Position numbers and translations under genes: made by a program. A DNA stretch of 64,000 bases from an uncultured Candidatus Saccharibacteria bacterium (GTDB lineage Bacteria; Patescibacteriota; Minisyncoccia; Phycocordibacterales; UBA918), in contig CAZMYZ010000001.1 of the NCBI GenBank assembly GCA_964570795.1, positions 42,722-106,721 of the forward strand, written 5' to 3'. Position 1 is the stretch's first letter. Each line of letters starts with the position of its first letter. Positions 18,224-27,890 of this stretch are shown here, piece after piece. Below the pieces are notes generated by a model that had not been told where the DNA came from, searched no databases, and worked only from the letters and a program-made list of their open reading frames with translations.

Positions 18224-19975
18224 TTATTTTTTGAAAAATGGCCAGATGGACTCGGTCTGAATATACCAATCGTATACGGTACTAAATCGCTCATACGGTT
18301 CACTCACCCCGGTAAATGTCGCTCCCGTAACTTTATTGGGAACGATGTACAAGAGTTCGGGAGCGTAGAGGAAGATTGCAGGTGTTTCGGTATTGAGTTC
18401 TTCGACAAACTTTTCTATGGCTGCATCACGTCCGGTGTGGTCGGTGCTGCGGCGCATCTCAGAAAGGATGGAGTCAGTGGTGATGTTTGCATAGAGTGCC
18501 ACATTGAGTCCGGGGTCGTTGCGCTGCGATGAATGCCAGAATGAATAGTAGTCGAGTGAGCGTCCCAACTGAGTTCCAAAGAGAAGTGTCTCATAGTCGC
18601 GTGGGCGAATGACGGCTTGGGTAAGGTCGGACTGTTCAAATTGTTTTACCGTTACTTCTGCGCCGAGACTGGTCCATGTGGTGCGTAGAAATTCTGCTGT
18701 TGCTTCAAAGGTACTGTTGTTGGCGGTTGAGATACTAAAGGTGAGTGGTACTACCTCTCCATCAATTGTTTTTTCCCAATGCTGTGTTTCTTCATTTATT
18801 TTCCACCCGCCATTCCTGAGTACCTCACGCGCTTTGTCGATGCTTGCTTCAGTATTTGCCGCACTTGCTACTGCAGTAAATCCAGGTGGTACGGGTGAGG
18901 TGAGTGCATTTCCATATCCACCCAAAGTGCTTTCGATGAGTGTGGTACGGTCGATGGCTATATTGAGTGCATTCCTCGCAGCAAGGTCACGGAGTGCGGG
19001 GGATTTGTTTTGATTGATAAAGAGTGCAAAGGTGCGAGGGAGGGGGATGCGTTCGAGATGATAGGTGAGTGGATCGAGCGCAAAGTGATTGATGTACGCA
19101 GGATCGATACCAACGACACTTTCGATAATTCCTTTTGAAAATGCATCACGCAAGGTGTCTTCGGTAGAGTAGAAATAAAACTGCATGGTTTCAATTTTCG
19201 GTGCGGTGATATGAAATCCCTTATTGGCAGTCAGTGTGTATGATTCAGGAATGCCTGAGGTATTGCGCGTAATAGTCTTTATTTGGTATGGGCCAGAACC
19301 AATCGGTTCGCTATTGTATTGGCTAAAAGGAAATTCGTCGGTACCTGCTTCTTTCCAGATGTGCTCAGGAATAATACCGAAGGTAAGATTTTCAATAAAT
19401 GGTCCATACGCCTCGGGAAGTACAAAGTTGAGTTCGTACTCACCGATTTCCTCAACGACAACACCATCGAAGTTTGCACGGAGCGGACTGTTGAGTGCGG
19501 GGTCCTGAATACGCAATACGGTAAATGCAACATCACGTGCGGTAAGTGGCGCACCATCATGGAAGTAGATATTTTGCTTTACCACTACATTGTACGTGAG
19601 TCCATCTTCGGAGACGGTGACTGATTCCGCAATACTTGGCATGAGTGTGCCGTCAGTACCGAGACGCATAAGCCCATCATATATAAGTGCAGAAAGGTCG
19701 CGGTCGGCACGGGTGACGGCAAGTACAGGATTTACAAAACGCGGTGTACCGATGATACCTTCGCTAAAGGTGCCACCGAATGCGGGAATTTGAACGGTTT
19801 CGCGGAGACTCATCTGTGCAAGAAGAACAAGACCACAGAATGCAGCAATAAGAAGTGTTATCTTGAGAAGAAATGCATCGCTCGCACGGAGGGTATGCAT
19901 TTTTGCAAAATATGCATCAATAATCGATTGCTTTTTTTGAGAAAAAGAATTACGTAAGGACATACGAGATGCCAA
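18224..19975 (-). CDS. ABC transporter substrate-binding protein, family 5 (peptide/nickel type)
   Basis: 583 aa with an N-terminal TM/signal anchor and the SBP_bac_5 architecture. Confidence 0.75.
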   Translation of the reverse strand: MASRMSLRNSFSQKKQSIIDAYFAKMHTLRASDAFLLKITLLIAAFCGLVLLAQMSLRETVQIPAFGGTFSEGIIGTPRFVNPVLAVTRADRDLSALIYDGLMRLGTDGTLMPSIAESVTVSEDGLTYNVVVKQNIYFHDGAPLTARDVAFTVLRIQDPALNSPLRANFDGVVVEEIGEYELNFVLPEAYGPFIENLTFGIIPEHIWKEAGTDEFPFSQYNSEPIGSGPYQIKTITRNTSGIPESYTLTANKGFHITAPKIETMQFYFYSTEDTLRDAFSKGIIESVVGIDPAYINHFALDPLTYHLERIPLPRTFALFINQNKSPALRDLAARNALNIAIDRTTLIESTLGGYGNALTSPVPPGFTAVASAANTEASIDKAREVLRNGGWKINEETQHWEKTIDGEVVPLTFSISTANNSTFEATAEFLRTTWTSLGAEVTVKQFEQSDLTQAVIRPRDYETLLFGTQLGRSLDYYSFWHSSQRNDPGLNVALYANITTDSILSEMRRSTDHTGRDAAIEKFVEELNTETPAIFLYAPELLYIVPNKVTGATFTGVSEPYERFSTVYDWYIQTESIWPFFKK

Positions 19976-20043
19976 ATATGGCTATGTGTTCAGGCAGGAA
20001 CACACTGAAAAAGTACATACACAGTAAAACCGTGTATTTGCTA

Positions 20044-20274
20044 TTAGATAATAAGGCTCAGGAATGTAGATGCTACAAACAAAATAGCAAGTACTATAGA
20101 CAGGCGATATAAGAAGAGTTCTGCTCCTCGTCGTGTATGGTACGTCGCACTGAAATTGTCTCCCCCAAAAGCGCCACCCATGCTTGATCCTCGCTGTTGA
20201 AGCAGAATTGCTGCAATGAGCAGAATGGAGAGAATAATTTGTGCGTACGGAAGTATGGTACGGACTATTTCCAT
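20044..20274 (-). CDS. secG: preprotein translocase subunit SecG
   Basis: 76 aa with two TM helices flanking a Gly-rich loop (LLQQRGSSMGGAFGGDNFSATY) typical of SecG. Confidence 0.7.
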   Translation of the reverse strand: MEIVRTILPYAQIILSILLIAAILLQQRGSSMGGAFGGDNFSATYHTRRGAELFLYRLSIVLAILFVASTFLSLII

Positions 20275-20400
20275 GACAGAGAGATACTAGCATAGAGTCG
20301 CAATATTGGGAAGTGAACCTGTGGACTGTACGACAAACGCTACTTTTTATGCCTTATTAAGTTTGAGGTAGAGTGTCGCTGTTGCAGATATATAGAAAAC

Positions 20401-20429
20401 TGGACAGTGATAGAGTGCGCTCGTATAAT
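20401..20429 (+). promoter_or_regulatory. candidate sigma-70 promoter of groES-groEL
   Basis: TGGACA (-35), 17-bp spacer, TATAAT (-10) about 45 bp upstream of groES; no CIRCE inverted repeat seen. Confidence 0.4.
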
Positions 20430-20472
20430 ATGCGCCTATTAAAAGCAATATAAGGAAAAACAATATTTGAAT

Positions 20473-20799
20473 ATGACTTCAAACACAGGAGAAGGCACCA
20501 GCATTAAGCCGCTTGCGGACCGTGTTGTTGTGCGACGACTCACTGAGGAAGAGGCGGGAACGAAATCAGCCTCAGGTATTATTGTTCCTGATACCGTGAG
20601 TAAGGAGAAGCCAGAACAGGGAATGGTGATTGCTGTTGGTGATGGTAAGTGGGATGAGGATGGTGAAAAGCGCATTCCTATGGACGTGAAAGTTGGAGAT
20701 AGGATTATTTTCTCAAAGTACGGATATGATGAGGTAAAGATTGCCGGTGAGGAACTCTATATCGTATCGGCTTCAAGTATTCTTGGTATTATTCAGTAG
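20473..20799 (+). CDS. groES: co-chaperonin GroES
   Basis: IKPLADRVVVRR...ASGIIVPDT...GMVIAVGDG...GDRIIFSKYG matches Cpn10. Confidence 0.9.
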   Translation: MTSNTGEGTSIKPLADRVVVRRLTEEEAGTKSASGIIVPDTVSKEKPEQGMVIAVGDGKWDEDGEKRIPMDVKVGDRIIFSKYGYDEVKIAGEELYIVSASSILGIIQ

Positions 20800-20852
20800 A
20801 GAGTGAAGTTTTATAAATAGTAACGACGCTAAGCATTGGAGTTGGTTCGTCT

Positions 20853-20884
20853 CAAAATCCATTAGGAATAGGATTTTGAGACGG
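20853..20884 (+). promoter_or_regulatory. 13-bp perfect hairpin in the 128-bp groES-groEL spacer
   Basis: CGTCTCAAAATCC-ATTAGGAATA-GGATTTTGAGACG; no U-tract, so more likely a processing/stability element than a terminator. Confidence 0.4.
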
Positions 20885-20927
20885 CTAAGATTCTCTAATT
20901 CGCTTATGCTCATAACAGAATCTAAGC

Positions 20928-22580
20928 ATGGCTACAAAAGAGGTGATTTATGGTGAAGACGTCAAGAAGCGTCTCAAGAAAGGAGTAGACACGGTAGCAA
21001 ACGCCGTGAAAGTAACGCTTGGTCCTCGTGGACGTAATGTGATTATCGACAAGGGGTATGGTGGTCCAATGATTACCAACGACGGTGTATCGATCGCAAA
21101 GGAAATCACCCTCAAGGACAAGTTTGAAAACATGGGTGCGGAGATTGTGAAGGAGGTTGCCAACAAGACCAATGAACTCGCCGGTGACGGTACCACTACT
21201 GCAACGATTCTCACTCAAGCACTTCTCACGGAAGGACTCAAGCACACCACGATGGGTGTGAACTCTATGGCAGTACGCCATGGTATGGAAAAGGCATCAG
21301 AGGATGTGGTAAAGGCACTCCATGAAATGGCAGTGCAGATTTCTACCACTGAAGAAATAAAGCAAGTAGCGACTATTTCTGCAGAAAGTGAAGAGATTGG
21401 TGCACGTATCGCAGAAACGATCGAGAAAGTGGGGAAGGACGGTGTGGTGACCGTAGAAGAGTCACAGTCATTTGGTATTGAGACCGAATTCACTGAGGGT
21501 ATGGAATTTGACAAGGGGTATATCTCACCCTATATGATTACCAATACCGAGCGCATGGAAGCTGAGTACAAGAATGCACTCATGCTCGTAACGGACGGCA
21601 AGATTAGTTCTGCGCAACAGATTCTTCCACTCCTTGAGAAGGTGGCACAGACAGGAAAGAAGGAGTTGGTGATTATTGCTGAGGATGTTGATGGGGAAGC
21701 ACTTGCAACATTTGTGGTCAACAAACTTCGTGGAGGATTCTCTGTGCTTGCGGTAAAGGCACCAGGCTATGGAGATAGAAAGAAAGAAATCCTTCAGGAT
21801 ATTGCAGTGATGACGGGCGGGCAGGTGATTACTGCAGAAGTAGGGCTTAAACTCGAAAATGCAGAACTTGCAATGCTTGGAAAGGCAGATCGCGTCGTGG
21901 CAACAAAGGACAAGACCACTATCGTGGGCGGTGAAGGAAATAAGGAGGCTATTGCTGCGCGCGTCGATGCCCTCCGCGCACAACTCGCGCAGACTGATTC
22001 AAAGTTTGATAAGGAAAAACTTGAGGAGCGTATTGCAAAACTCTCGGGTGGTGTTGCGGTTCTCAAGGTAGGTGCTGCTACAGAAACCGAGATGAAGTAT
22101 CTCAAACTCAAGATTGAGGACGCTGTGAATGCAACCAAGGCCGCGATTGATGAAGGTATCGTGCCTGGAGGAGGTACTTCGCTCACGCGCGCAGCAGCGG
22201 TGGTGGAAGGACGGGTCAATAAAGAACTTGGTCGTGATGAACTCATTGGCTACCGTATTGTGCTTAAGGCACTTGAAGAGCCACTCCGCCAACTTGCCGA
22301 CAATGTGGGTAAGGATGACGGTGCGGTGATTGTACAAAAAGTAAAGGAGGCGGGAGGTAACGCAGGCTACGATGCTGCAAAGGCAGTGATGGTAGATGAC
22401 ATGATCAAGGCAGGTATCATCGACCCAGTAAAGGTAGAGCGCGCCGGTGTCCAACATGCAGTCTCTGCCGTAGCGATTCTCCTCACGTCAGAAGTGGCGA
22501 TTGCTGATGCTCCTGAGCCAGAAAAGCCCGCAATGCCTGATATGTCAGGGATGAATGGTGGTATGGGCGGAATGTACTAA
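20928..22580 (+). CDS. groEL: chaperonin GroEL
   Basis: 550 aa canonical Cpn60 ([23 protein letters not shown]) with a C-terminal GGM repeat tail. Confidence 0.95.
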   Translation: MATKEVIYGEDVKKRLKKGVDTVANAVKVTLGPRGRNVIIDKGYGGPMITNDGVSIAKEITLKDKFENMGAEIVKEVANKTNELAGDGTTTATILTQALLTEGLKHTTMGVNSMAVRHGMEKASEDVVKALHEMAVQISTTEEIKQVATISAESEEIGARIAETIEKVGKDGVVTVEESQSFGIETEFTEGMEFDKGYISPYMITNTERMEAEYKNALMLVTDGKISSAQQILPLLEKVAQTGKKELVIIAEDVDGEALATFVVNKLRGGFSVLAVKAPGYGDRKKEILQDIAVMTGGQVITAEVGLKLENAELAMLGKADRVVATKDKTTIVGGEGNKEAIAARVDALRAQLAQTDSKFDKEKLEERIAKLSGGVAVLKVGAATETEMKYLKLKIEDAVNATKAAIDEGIVPGGGTSLTRAAAVVEGRVNKELGRDELIGYRIVLKALEEPLRQLADNVGKDDGAVIVQKVKEAGGNAGYDAAKAVMVDDMIKAGIIDPVKVERAGVQHAVSAVAILLTSEVAIADAPEPEKPAMPDMSGMNGGMGGMY

Positions 22581-22611
22581 GTAAAATAAAGAATAGAAAA
22601 TAGGATAAAGA

Positions 22612-22650
22612 TACAGAATCCCCGCGCCGTAGGCGCGGGGATTCTGTATA
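22612..22650 (+). terminator. rho-independent terminator after groEL
   Basis: ACAGAATCCCCGCGCC-GTAG-GGCGCGGGGATTCTGT followed by a T-rich run. Confidence 0.7.
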
Positions 22651-22695
22651 TCACCACTTTTATTCCTATTTCACAATGATATACTGTATATACCT

Positions 22696-23307
22696 TTGAT
22701 TATAAGGAATATTTTAAATTTTATGACACCTACATATATTATTTTGGCAGTTGTTGCAGTGGTGGTCCTGTGGGCTATTGTTGCTTACAACAATTTTGTA
22801 AAACTTATTCAGCGTACGAAAGAGGCGTGGGCAGATATTGATGTGCAGTTGAAGCGTCGCTATGACCTTATTCCTAATCTTGTCGAGACTGTGAAAGGTT
22901 ACGCGACACATGAACGTGAGACATTTGATGCGGTTACCAATGCGCGTGCAGAAGCAACAAAAGTACACGTAGACCCAAGTAATATTACTCCTGAAACTCT
23001 TGCCGCAATGGCAGGAGCAGAAGCAGGGCTCGGGCAAGCACTCGGGAAGCTTCTTGCGGTTGCAGAGGCATATCCAGACCTAAAGGCAAATACCAACTTC
23101 CTTGAATTGCAGCGTGAACTCAGTGATACTGAAAATAAGATTCAAGCCGCTCGTCGTTTCTATAACGGCAACGTGCGTGACCTTGCTATCGCAATCCAAT
23201 CATTTCCTTCGAATGTAATTGCAAAAATGTTTGGCTTTGTTGGACAGTCATTCTTTGAACTCGAAGAGGGAAGTGCAGAAAAAGAGGTGGTAAAGGTAAG
23301 TTTCTAA
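22696..23307 (+). CDS. LemA family protein
   Basis: N-terminal TM helix, then WADIDVQLKRRYDLIPNLVETVKGYATHE, the conserved LemA core. Confidence 0.8.
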   Translation: MIIRNILNFMTPTYIILAVVAVVVLWAIVAYNNFVKLIQRTKEAWADIDVQLKRRYDLIPNLVETVKGYATHERETFDAVTNARAEATKVHVDPSNITPETLAAMAGAEAGLGQALGKLLAVAEAYPDLKANTNFLELQRELSDTENKIQAARRFYNGNVRDLAIAIQSFPSNVIAKMFGFVGQSFFELEEGSAEKEVVKVSF

Positions 23308-23317
23308 TCAATCATAT

Positions 23318-23692
23318 ATGGAGAAGATTTACTACAACAAACTCTGTCGTGACAAGGTGCCTGAAATTATTCGTGGGAAGGGGTTTGAATGTGATGTGCG
23401 CGAGGTAGATCATGATGAATACAAGCGCGAAATTATTCGTAAAGTTTTTGAAGAGGCGAGCGGTGTTTCTAATCATTCAGGTCGCTCGGGACTCCTCAAA
23501 GAGCTTGCTGACCTCATGATTACTATCGATGCGGTTAAGAAAGAATATGGTATTACCGACGAAGAACTCAGTGCTGCAATTGATGCAAGTATTGAGGATA
23601 AAGGAGGATACGAGGAGCGACTCTATCTTTCATGGTCTTCAGACACTGAATATAGTTCGCATGATCAGGGGCGCGGAGGATTTGATGATTAG
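23318..23692 (+). CDS. MazG/HisE-like nucleotide pyrophosphohydrolase-fold protein
   Basis: YNKLCRDKVPEII...LLKELADLMITI resembles the KLVRDKIPEII...EELADLLEV pattern of small all-alpha NTP pyrophosphohydrolases. Confidence 0.45.
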   Translation: MEKIYYNKLCRDKVPEIIRGKGFECDVREVDHDEYKREIIRKVFEEASGVSNHSGRSGLLKELADLMITIDAVKKEYGITDEELSAAIDASIEDKGGYEERLYLSWSSDTEYSSHDQGRGGFDD

Positions 23693-23712
23693 GCAATATA
23701 CGAAATGATAAA

Positions 23713-25452
23713 GTGCATATACAAATGATTCACACATGTGCACAAAAAAGAACAAAGAGCATACTTGCTTTATTAGTGAGTATGCTCTTTGTGTGCATGT
23801 TGCCATTGGTGCTGCATGCACAATCTTCGGAACGTATACAGTCTTTTGTTGTAGATATTGAAGTACAGCAAAATGCCGATGTGTGGGTAACTGAGCATAT
23901 CACCTATGAGTTCCCTAATGCTAAGCACGGCATATATCGATGCATCCCGACACTCCATGCAGAGCAACCAGAATCACCCTTTAAGGAACGATACATAGAT
24001 GTCATCTTTGAATCAGTAACTATGGATGGTACAGATGTGCTATATACACGCGAGCAAAAAGGGAAAGATACCTGTGTGCGTATCGGAGACCCTGATACCA
24101 CTATTGAGGGTAGTCATGTGTATGCTCTCCATTATGTAGTGGAAGGGACATTGTCATATCTTGAGTATGGCGGAGCAGAACTCTACTGGAATGCGACTGG
24201 AAATGAATGGGAAGTGCCTATCGTTTCGGCAGAGGTGCGTGTACGGGGTGCTGAGGGACTTCTTCTTCGTGAGCGTGCATGCTATCGCGGCGCGGTGGGC
24301 GATGAATCTTCGTGTGACATGCGTATCGATACTGATGGCACACCCATTTTTACGGCACGTCTCCTCAATCCCGGTGAAGGGGTAACGGTCGCGCAGGCAC
24401 TTAATCGCTCGAGTCTCCTTATTGATGTGCGTGAGCGGTATGGGATGTTGTGGAAAATACTCGCTTTTGTCGTAACGGTATTGTGCGCTTTTAGCATAGG
24501 ACTCTATCGATATAAGACGAAAGAAAAAACAGAAGCACCGATTATACCTCAATATGAGCCGTATCCAGGAGTGAAGCCAATGTACGCAGGGTACCTTTTT
24601 GATAGTCGTCTCGACCCACGCGATATCACCGCAGGTATTGTGTATCTCGCTGAGCAGGGCTTTCTCAGTATTAAAAAAACTGAAACGAAAGTACTTTTTG
24701 TCTTTGAGGTGAATGATTTCGCACTTACCCTCAAGAAACCTCTTGCCGAAACTCGTGATAATTTTGAATCTCAACTTCTTACATTAATTTTTGGTACTGA
24801 TGCTGTAGTTGGGGCGGTAGTCACCCTGAGCGATTTGCGTAATACTCTTTCGGTGCAGACGCGCAATAGGGCTATTATTCGCAATATGACCGAGGGATTG
24901 CGCAATGATATGAAAGCAGGTGGCTTTTATACTGGATTCAGTTTTGTGTCTATGGGTGGCCGTGTGTGGGTAGTCTCGGGATTTATTTCCTGTATACTCG
25001 CCATCCTTATCTCTCGTGAAATATTTATCGCCACCGCGGTCTTCATGCTTATTGTATTTGTGGTGCTTATTGATGGAAGACGTACCAAAAAAGGGTATGA
25101 AGCACTTGACCACCTCAAAGGTTTTAAGGATTTCTTGCAAGTTACGGACGCACAGCGATTTATTTTTCATAATGCACCCGCAATTAACGCGGAGCATTTC
25201 ATGGAGTATTTACCCTATGCGATTGCATTTGGTGTAGAGAAGGAATGGGCGAAAACGTTTGAAGGAGTCACTATTCCTAATCCATCATGGTATGACGGAG
25301 GAAGTGGAGCGGGGACCTTTAATGCGGTTGCACTTACGCAAAGCCTTGGAGGATTTTCTACAGCATTCGCCAGTGCTTCAGGAGCAAGTGCATCAAGTGG
25401 CGGTGGCTCCTCAGGAGGTGGTAGTGGCGGCGGCGGAGGTGGTAGTTGGTGA
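23713..25452 (+). CDS. DUF2207-family membrane protein with Gly/Ser-rich C-terminal tail
   Basis: 579 aa with a signal peptide, an extracellular domain, internal TM helices and a C-terminal SGGGSSGGGSGGGGGGSW; DUF2207 is recurrently paired with LemA. Confidence 0.7.
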   Translation: MHIQMIHTCAQKRTKSILALLVSMLFVCMLPLVLHAQSSERIQSFVVDIEVQQNADVWVTEHITYEFPNAKHGIYRCIPTLHAEQPESPFKERYIDVIFESVTMDGTDVLYTREQKGKDTCVRIGDPDTTIEGSHVYALHYVVEGTLSYLEYGGAELYWNATGNEWEVPIVSAEVRVRGAEGLLLRERACYRGAVGDESSCDMRIDTDGTPIFTARLLNPGEGVTVAQALNRSSLLIDVRERYGMLWKILAFVVTVLCAFSIGLYRYKTKEKTEAPIIPQYEPYPGVKPMYAGYLFDSRLDPRDITAGIVYLAEQGFLSIKKTETKVLFVFEVNDFALTLKKPLAETRDNFESQLLTLIFGTDAVVGAVVTLSDLRNTLSVQTRNRAIIRNMTEGLRNDMKAGGFYTGFSFVSMGGRVWVVSGFISCILAILISREIFIATAVFMLIVFVVLIDGRRTKKGYEALDHLKGFKDFLQVTDAQRFIFHNAPAINAEHFMEYLPYAIAFGVEKEWAKTFEGVTIPNPSWYDGGSGAGTFNAVALTQSLGGFSTAFASASGASASSGGGSSGGGSGGGGGGSW

Positions 25453-25559
25453 CCGCAAATTAAGGAACGTAGTGACTATAATTTGCGAGTCCGTCTGGAA
25501 TTCTTCCCCCCGGAAGAATTCCAGACGCCTCAAGACCCTGTAGTGAATCTATTTACGAA

Positions 25560-25900
25560 GCCCCTATATTTTAATTCCCTAGGACGGTCCTAGGGAAGGG
25601 GGTTTGGTATCTGTGGACATATATTTTGACTCAAGGGGAGACTGAGGGTACACTACGAGTCCCGTTTTTATAGGAGTAATGGGAAAATGCAAAAACAAAT
25701 CGCAGGTACGGTACCGGTTCAGGGTGAATTGGGTCTTGAACACAAGCCCGAGGATGGTTTGAAACATCCGAGTTCTTTTGAGACGTTGTGTTCGCTCCCC
25801 AATGGTGGGGTAAACAAGGATATCGCCGATGTTGCGATTCCTGGCGGCAACTAATATTGCTGCACATAGGTCGCCCATACAGGCGGCCTTTTTTCATGTC
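25560..25900 (+). ncRNA. candidate structured non-coding RNA or long leader upstream of htpX (identity unknown)
   Basis: About 450 bp without a credible ORF; hairpins CCCTAGGAC-G-GTCCTAGGG and GGATG-GTTTGAAA-CATCC, and a terminator-like GGTCGCC-CATACA-GGCGGCC-TTTTTT at ~25872-25900; matches none of tmRNA, SRP RNA or RNase P. Confidence 0.25.
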
Positions 25901-26007
25901 CGATGCATGAGATGTGCCGGACTCTCGAATATTTACGTACCCCTATTTCTTCGGTACTATAGGAGAGTCCCGCAGTCTCGATATAGGACACTTAATTTTA
26001 TATTGAT

Positions 26008-26898
26008 ATGGCAACACTCTATACACATCAAGGAGAAAACGTACGAAAAACATGGTTCCTTATGGGTTCCTTTCTCGCACTTGTTATCGGTGTGGGTTAT
26101 GGCGTAAGTTGGTACATGGGTTCATCGGTATTTCTTTATGGTGCCATTATTTTTGCGGTACTTATGAATATTGGTAGTTATTGGTTTTCCGATAAACTCG
26201 TCTTGCGTATGACTGGTGCACGTGAGGCAGCACATACAGAGTTTCCTGATTTAATTAACACTGTTGAAAATCTTTCTATTACTGCGGGACTCCCTATGCC
26301 TCGTGTGTATGTCGTTGATGACCCTGCACCAAATGCCTTTGCAACCGGACGTGACCCCGAACATGCGGTAGTAGCAGCCACTACCGGCCTCCTCGCTCTT
26401 CTCGATAAATCAGAACTTGAAGGAGTGATGGCACACGAACTCTCGCATATTGGAAATCGCGACATGCTCGTGATGACGGTGGCGGTGGTGCTTGCAGGCT
26501 TCCTTGCAATGCTTGCTGATTTTCTCACACGTGCAGTGATGTTTGGTGGTGATGATAGACAAAAACATCCAATCGCTATTGTGTTTATGATTGTAGGTAT
26601 TGTGCTTGTACCGATTGCAGCACAACTCATCCAACTCGCCATTTCACGGAAGCGTGAGTACCTTGCTGATGCATCAGGAGCACTTCTTACTCGGTATCCA
26701 GAAGGGCTTGCATCTGCACTTGAAAAAATTTCAGGGTACCCACACCCCATGCAACATGCAAGTAATGCAACTGCGCATCTCTTTATTGCAGATCCATATG
26801 GTACTGGAGAGAAAAGTATTGGCCAGAAACTGAGTGGACTTTTCCAGACACACCCTCCTGCTGAAGATAGAATTCGTATTTTGCGCGAGATGCCCTAG
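26008..26898 (+). CDS. htpX: zinc metalloprotease HtpX (M48 family)
   Basis: N-terminal TM helices and a HELSHIGNRD HExxH motif in the M48/HtpX context. Confidence 0.85.
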   Translation: MATLYTHQGENVRKTWFLMGSFLALVIGVGYGVSWYMGSSVFLYGAIIFAVLMNIGSYWFSDKLVLRMTGAREAAHTEFPDLINTVENLSITAGLPMPRVYVVDDPAPNAFATGRDPEHAVVAATTGLLALLDKSELEGVMAHELSHIGNRDMLVMTVAVVLAGFLAMLADFLTRAVMFGGDDRQKHPIAIVFMIVGIVLVPIAAQLIQLAISRKREYLADASGALLTRYPEGLASALEKISGYPHPMQHASNATAHLFIADPYGTGEKSIGQKLSGLFQTHPPAEDRIRILREMP

Positions 26899-27022
26899 AA
26901 ATTAATAAACGAAGTGCATATAATTTCTGGGCCGTCATTTTTCTCCCTCTCAGAAGAAAAATGACGCACCGCATTAATTGGTTCAATTAACAGTGAATTC
27001 ATACCCTTTTAGATTTTATTCC

Positions 27023-27088
27023 CCAGTGCCTTTCTCTTTTTAAAACCCAGACCTAAACCCAACCGTTTTAAAAAGAGAAAGGCACTGG
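27023..27088 (+). promoter_or_regulatory. 24-bp perfect inverted repeat (long hairpin) immediately upstream of the prmC RBS
   Basis: CCAGTGCCTTTCTCTTTTTAAAAC-(18 nt loop)-GTTTTAAAAAGAGAAAGGCACTGG ending 8 nt before GGAG-ATG of prmC; a second hairpin at 26934-26965 lies just after the htpX stop. Confidence 0.5.
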
Positions 27089-27096
27089 AGTCGTCT

Positions 27097-27846
27097 ATGA
27101 TGTCATACCTCGAAACACAAAAAGAAAAAATACTACAGGAAAAATATGCAGGTGAAGTATCACCTGCATATGAGGCTGATTGTGTACGCCTCGAAAAAGG
27201 TGAACCCTATGAATATGTGCTCGGGCATGTTGATTTCCTTGGTGCTCACATAGACCTCTCATTCCATCCTATGATTCCGCGTCCAGAGACTGCATTCTGG
27301 GTTGCACGCGCTATTGAAGAATTGAAATTAAAAGAAGGAAACGTACGCCTCGCTGATACTTTTTCAGGAGCAGGGAATGTGGGGCTTGCGCTTCTCGTGA
27401 ATCTACCGCATGCGACCGTGGATATTTCGGAACTCGACCCCTCGCTCAAGTCACAGATAGAACTCAGTCTTAAAAAAAATGAAATAGTAGATAATCGCGC
27501 ACGCGTTATTACAGCATCCGCACTCGAGGGACTTTCGGGTACCTACGACGCTATTTTTGCGGTGCCGCCCTATGTGCCGTATAGCGCACTCCCCGACCTC
27601 GACCCCGAGATGAGAGACTATGAGCCACACCTCGCCTTTTTTGCACATGACGACGGCCATGAGTTCCATCACATACTTATTGCTGAAGCTTGGGAGTATC
27701 TCAATCCCGGCGGCACACTCTACATGGAGGCAGATATGGATCATAACGACGCCATTCGTAAAATGGTCGAGGGGACGAAGTGGTCCTCACTCGAATTTTG
27801 GCCCGACCCATACGGCGCAACACCAAATGTAGTTTTGCGTAAATAA
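27097..27846 (+). CDS. prmC: release factor glutamine N5-methyltransferase PrmC/HemK
   Basis: PRPETAFWV, the SAM-binding DTFSGAGNVGLAL and the catalytic (N/V)PPY variant VPPYVP. Confidence 0.8.
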   Translation: MMSYLETQKEKILQEKYAGEVSPAYEADCVRLEKGEPYEYVLGHVDFLGAHIDLSFHPMIPRPETAFWVARAIEELKLKEGNVRLADTFSGAGNVGLALLVNLPHATVDISELDPSLKSQIELSLKKNEIVDNRARVITASALEGLSGTYDAIFAVPPYVPYSALPDLDPEMRDYEPHLAFFAHDDGHEFHHILIAEAWEYLNPGGTLYMEADMDHNDAIRKMVEGTKWSSLEFWPDPYGATPNVVLRK

Positions 27847-27890
27847 CTGTGTACTCAAACATCAACCTGAAAATGTGATACCATTTTGAT

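Noticed and set aside
20380-20472. Search for a CIRCE (TTAGCACTC-N9-GAGTGCTAA) HrcA operator upstream of groES
   Set aside because: Only AGAGTGCGCTCG is present and no inverted-repeat partner. Not called.
21215-22457. Several long antisense ORFs inside groEL (e.g. 21794..22246, 21999..22457, 21525..21983)
   Set aside because: They are antisense shadows of a highly expressed, GC-skewed gene; Ser/Ala/Thr-rich low-complexity translations.
25330-25452. Repetitive GGTGGCGGCGGAGGTGGTAGT-type DNA suggestive of a short tandem or CRISPR-like repeat
   Set aside because: It is in frame within the DUF2207 ORF and encodes the Gly/Ser tail. There are no spacer-repeat periodicity and no cas genes.
25579-25897. 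Two overlapping minus-strand ORFs (99 and 88 aa) in the same region
   Set aside because: Overlapping alternative frames, low-complexity composition, no SD, and they lie across strong hairpins. Judged spurious.
25560-26000. Possible tmRNA (ssrA), SRP RNA or 6S RNA in the long non-coding stretch upstream of htpX
   Set aside because: No tRNA-like 5'/3' pairing with a TTCGA T-loop, no tag-peptide reading frame ending in a hydrophobic ...AA stop, and no SRP domain-IV motif. Kept only as an unidentified ncRNA candidate.
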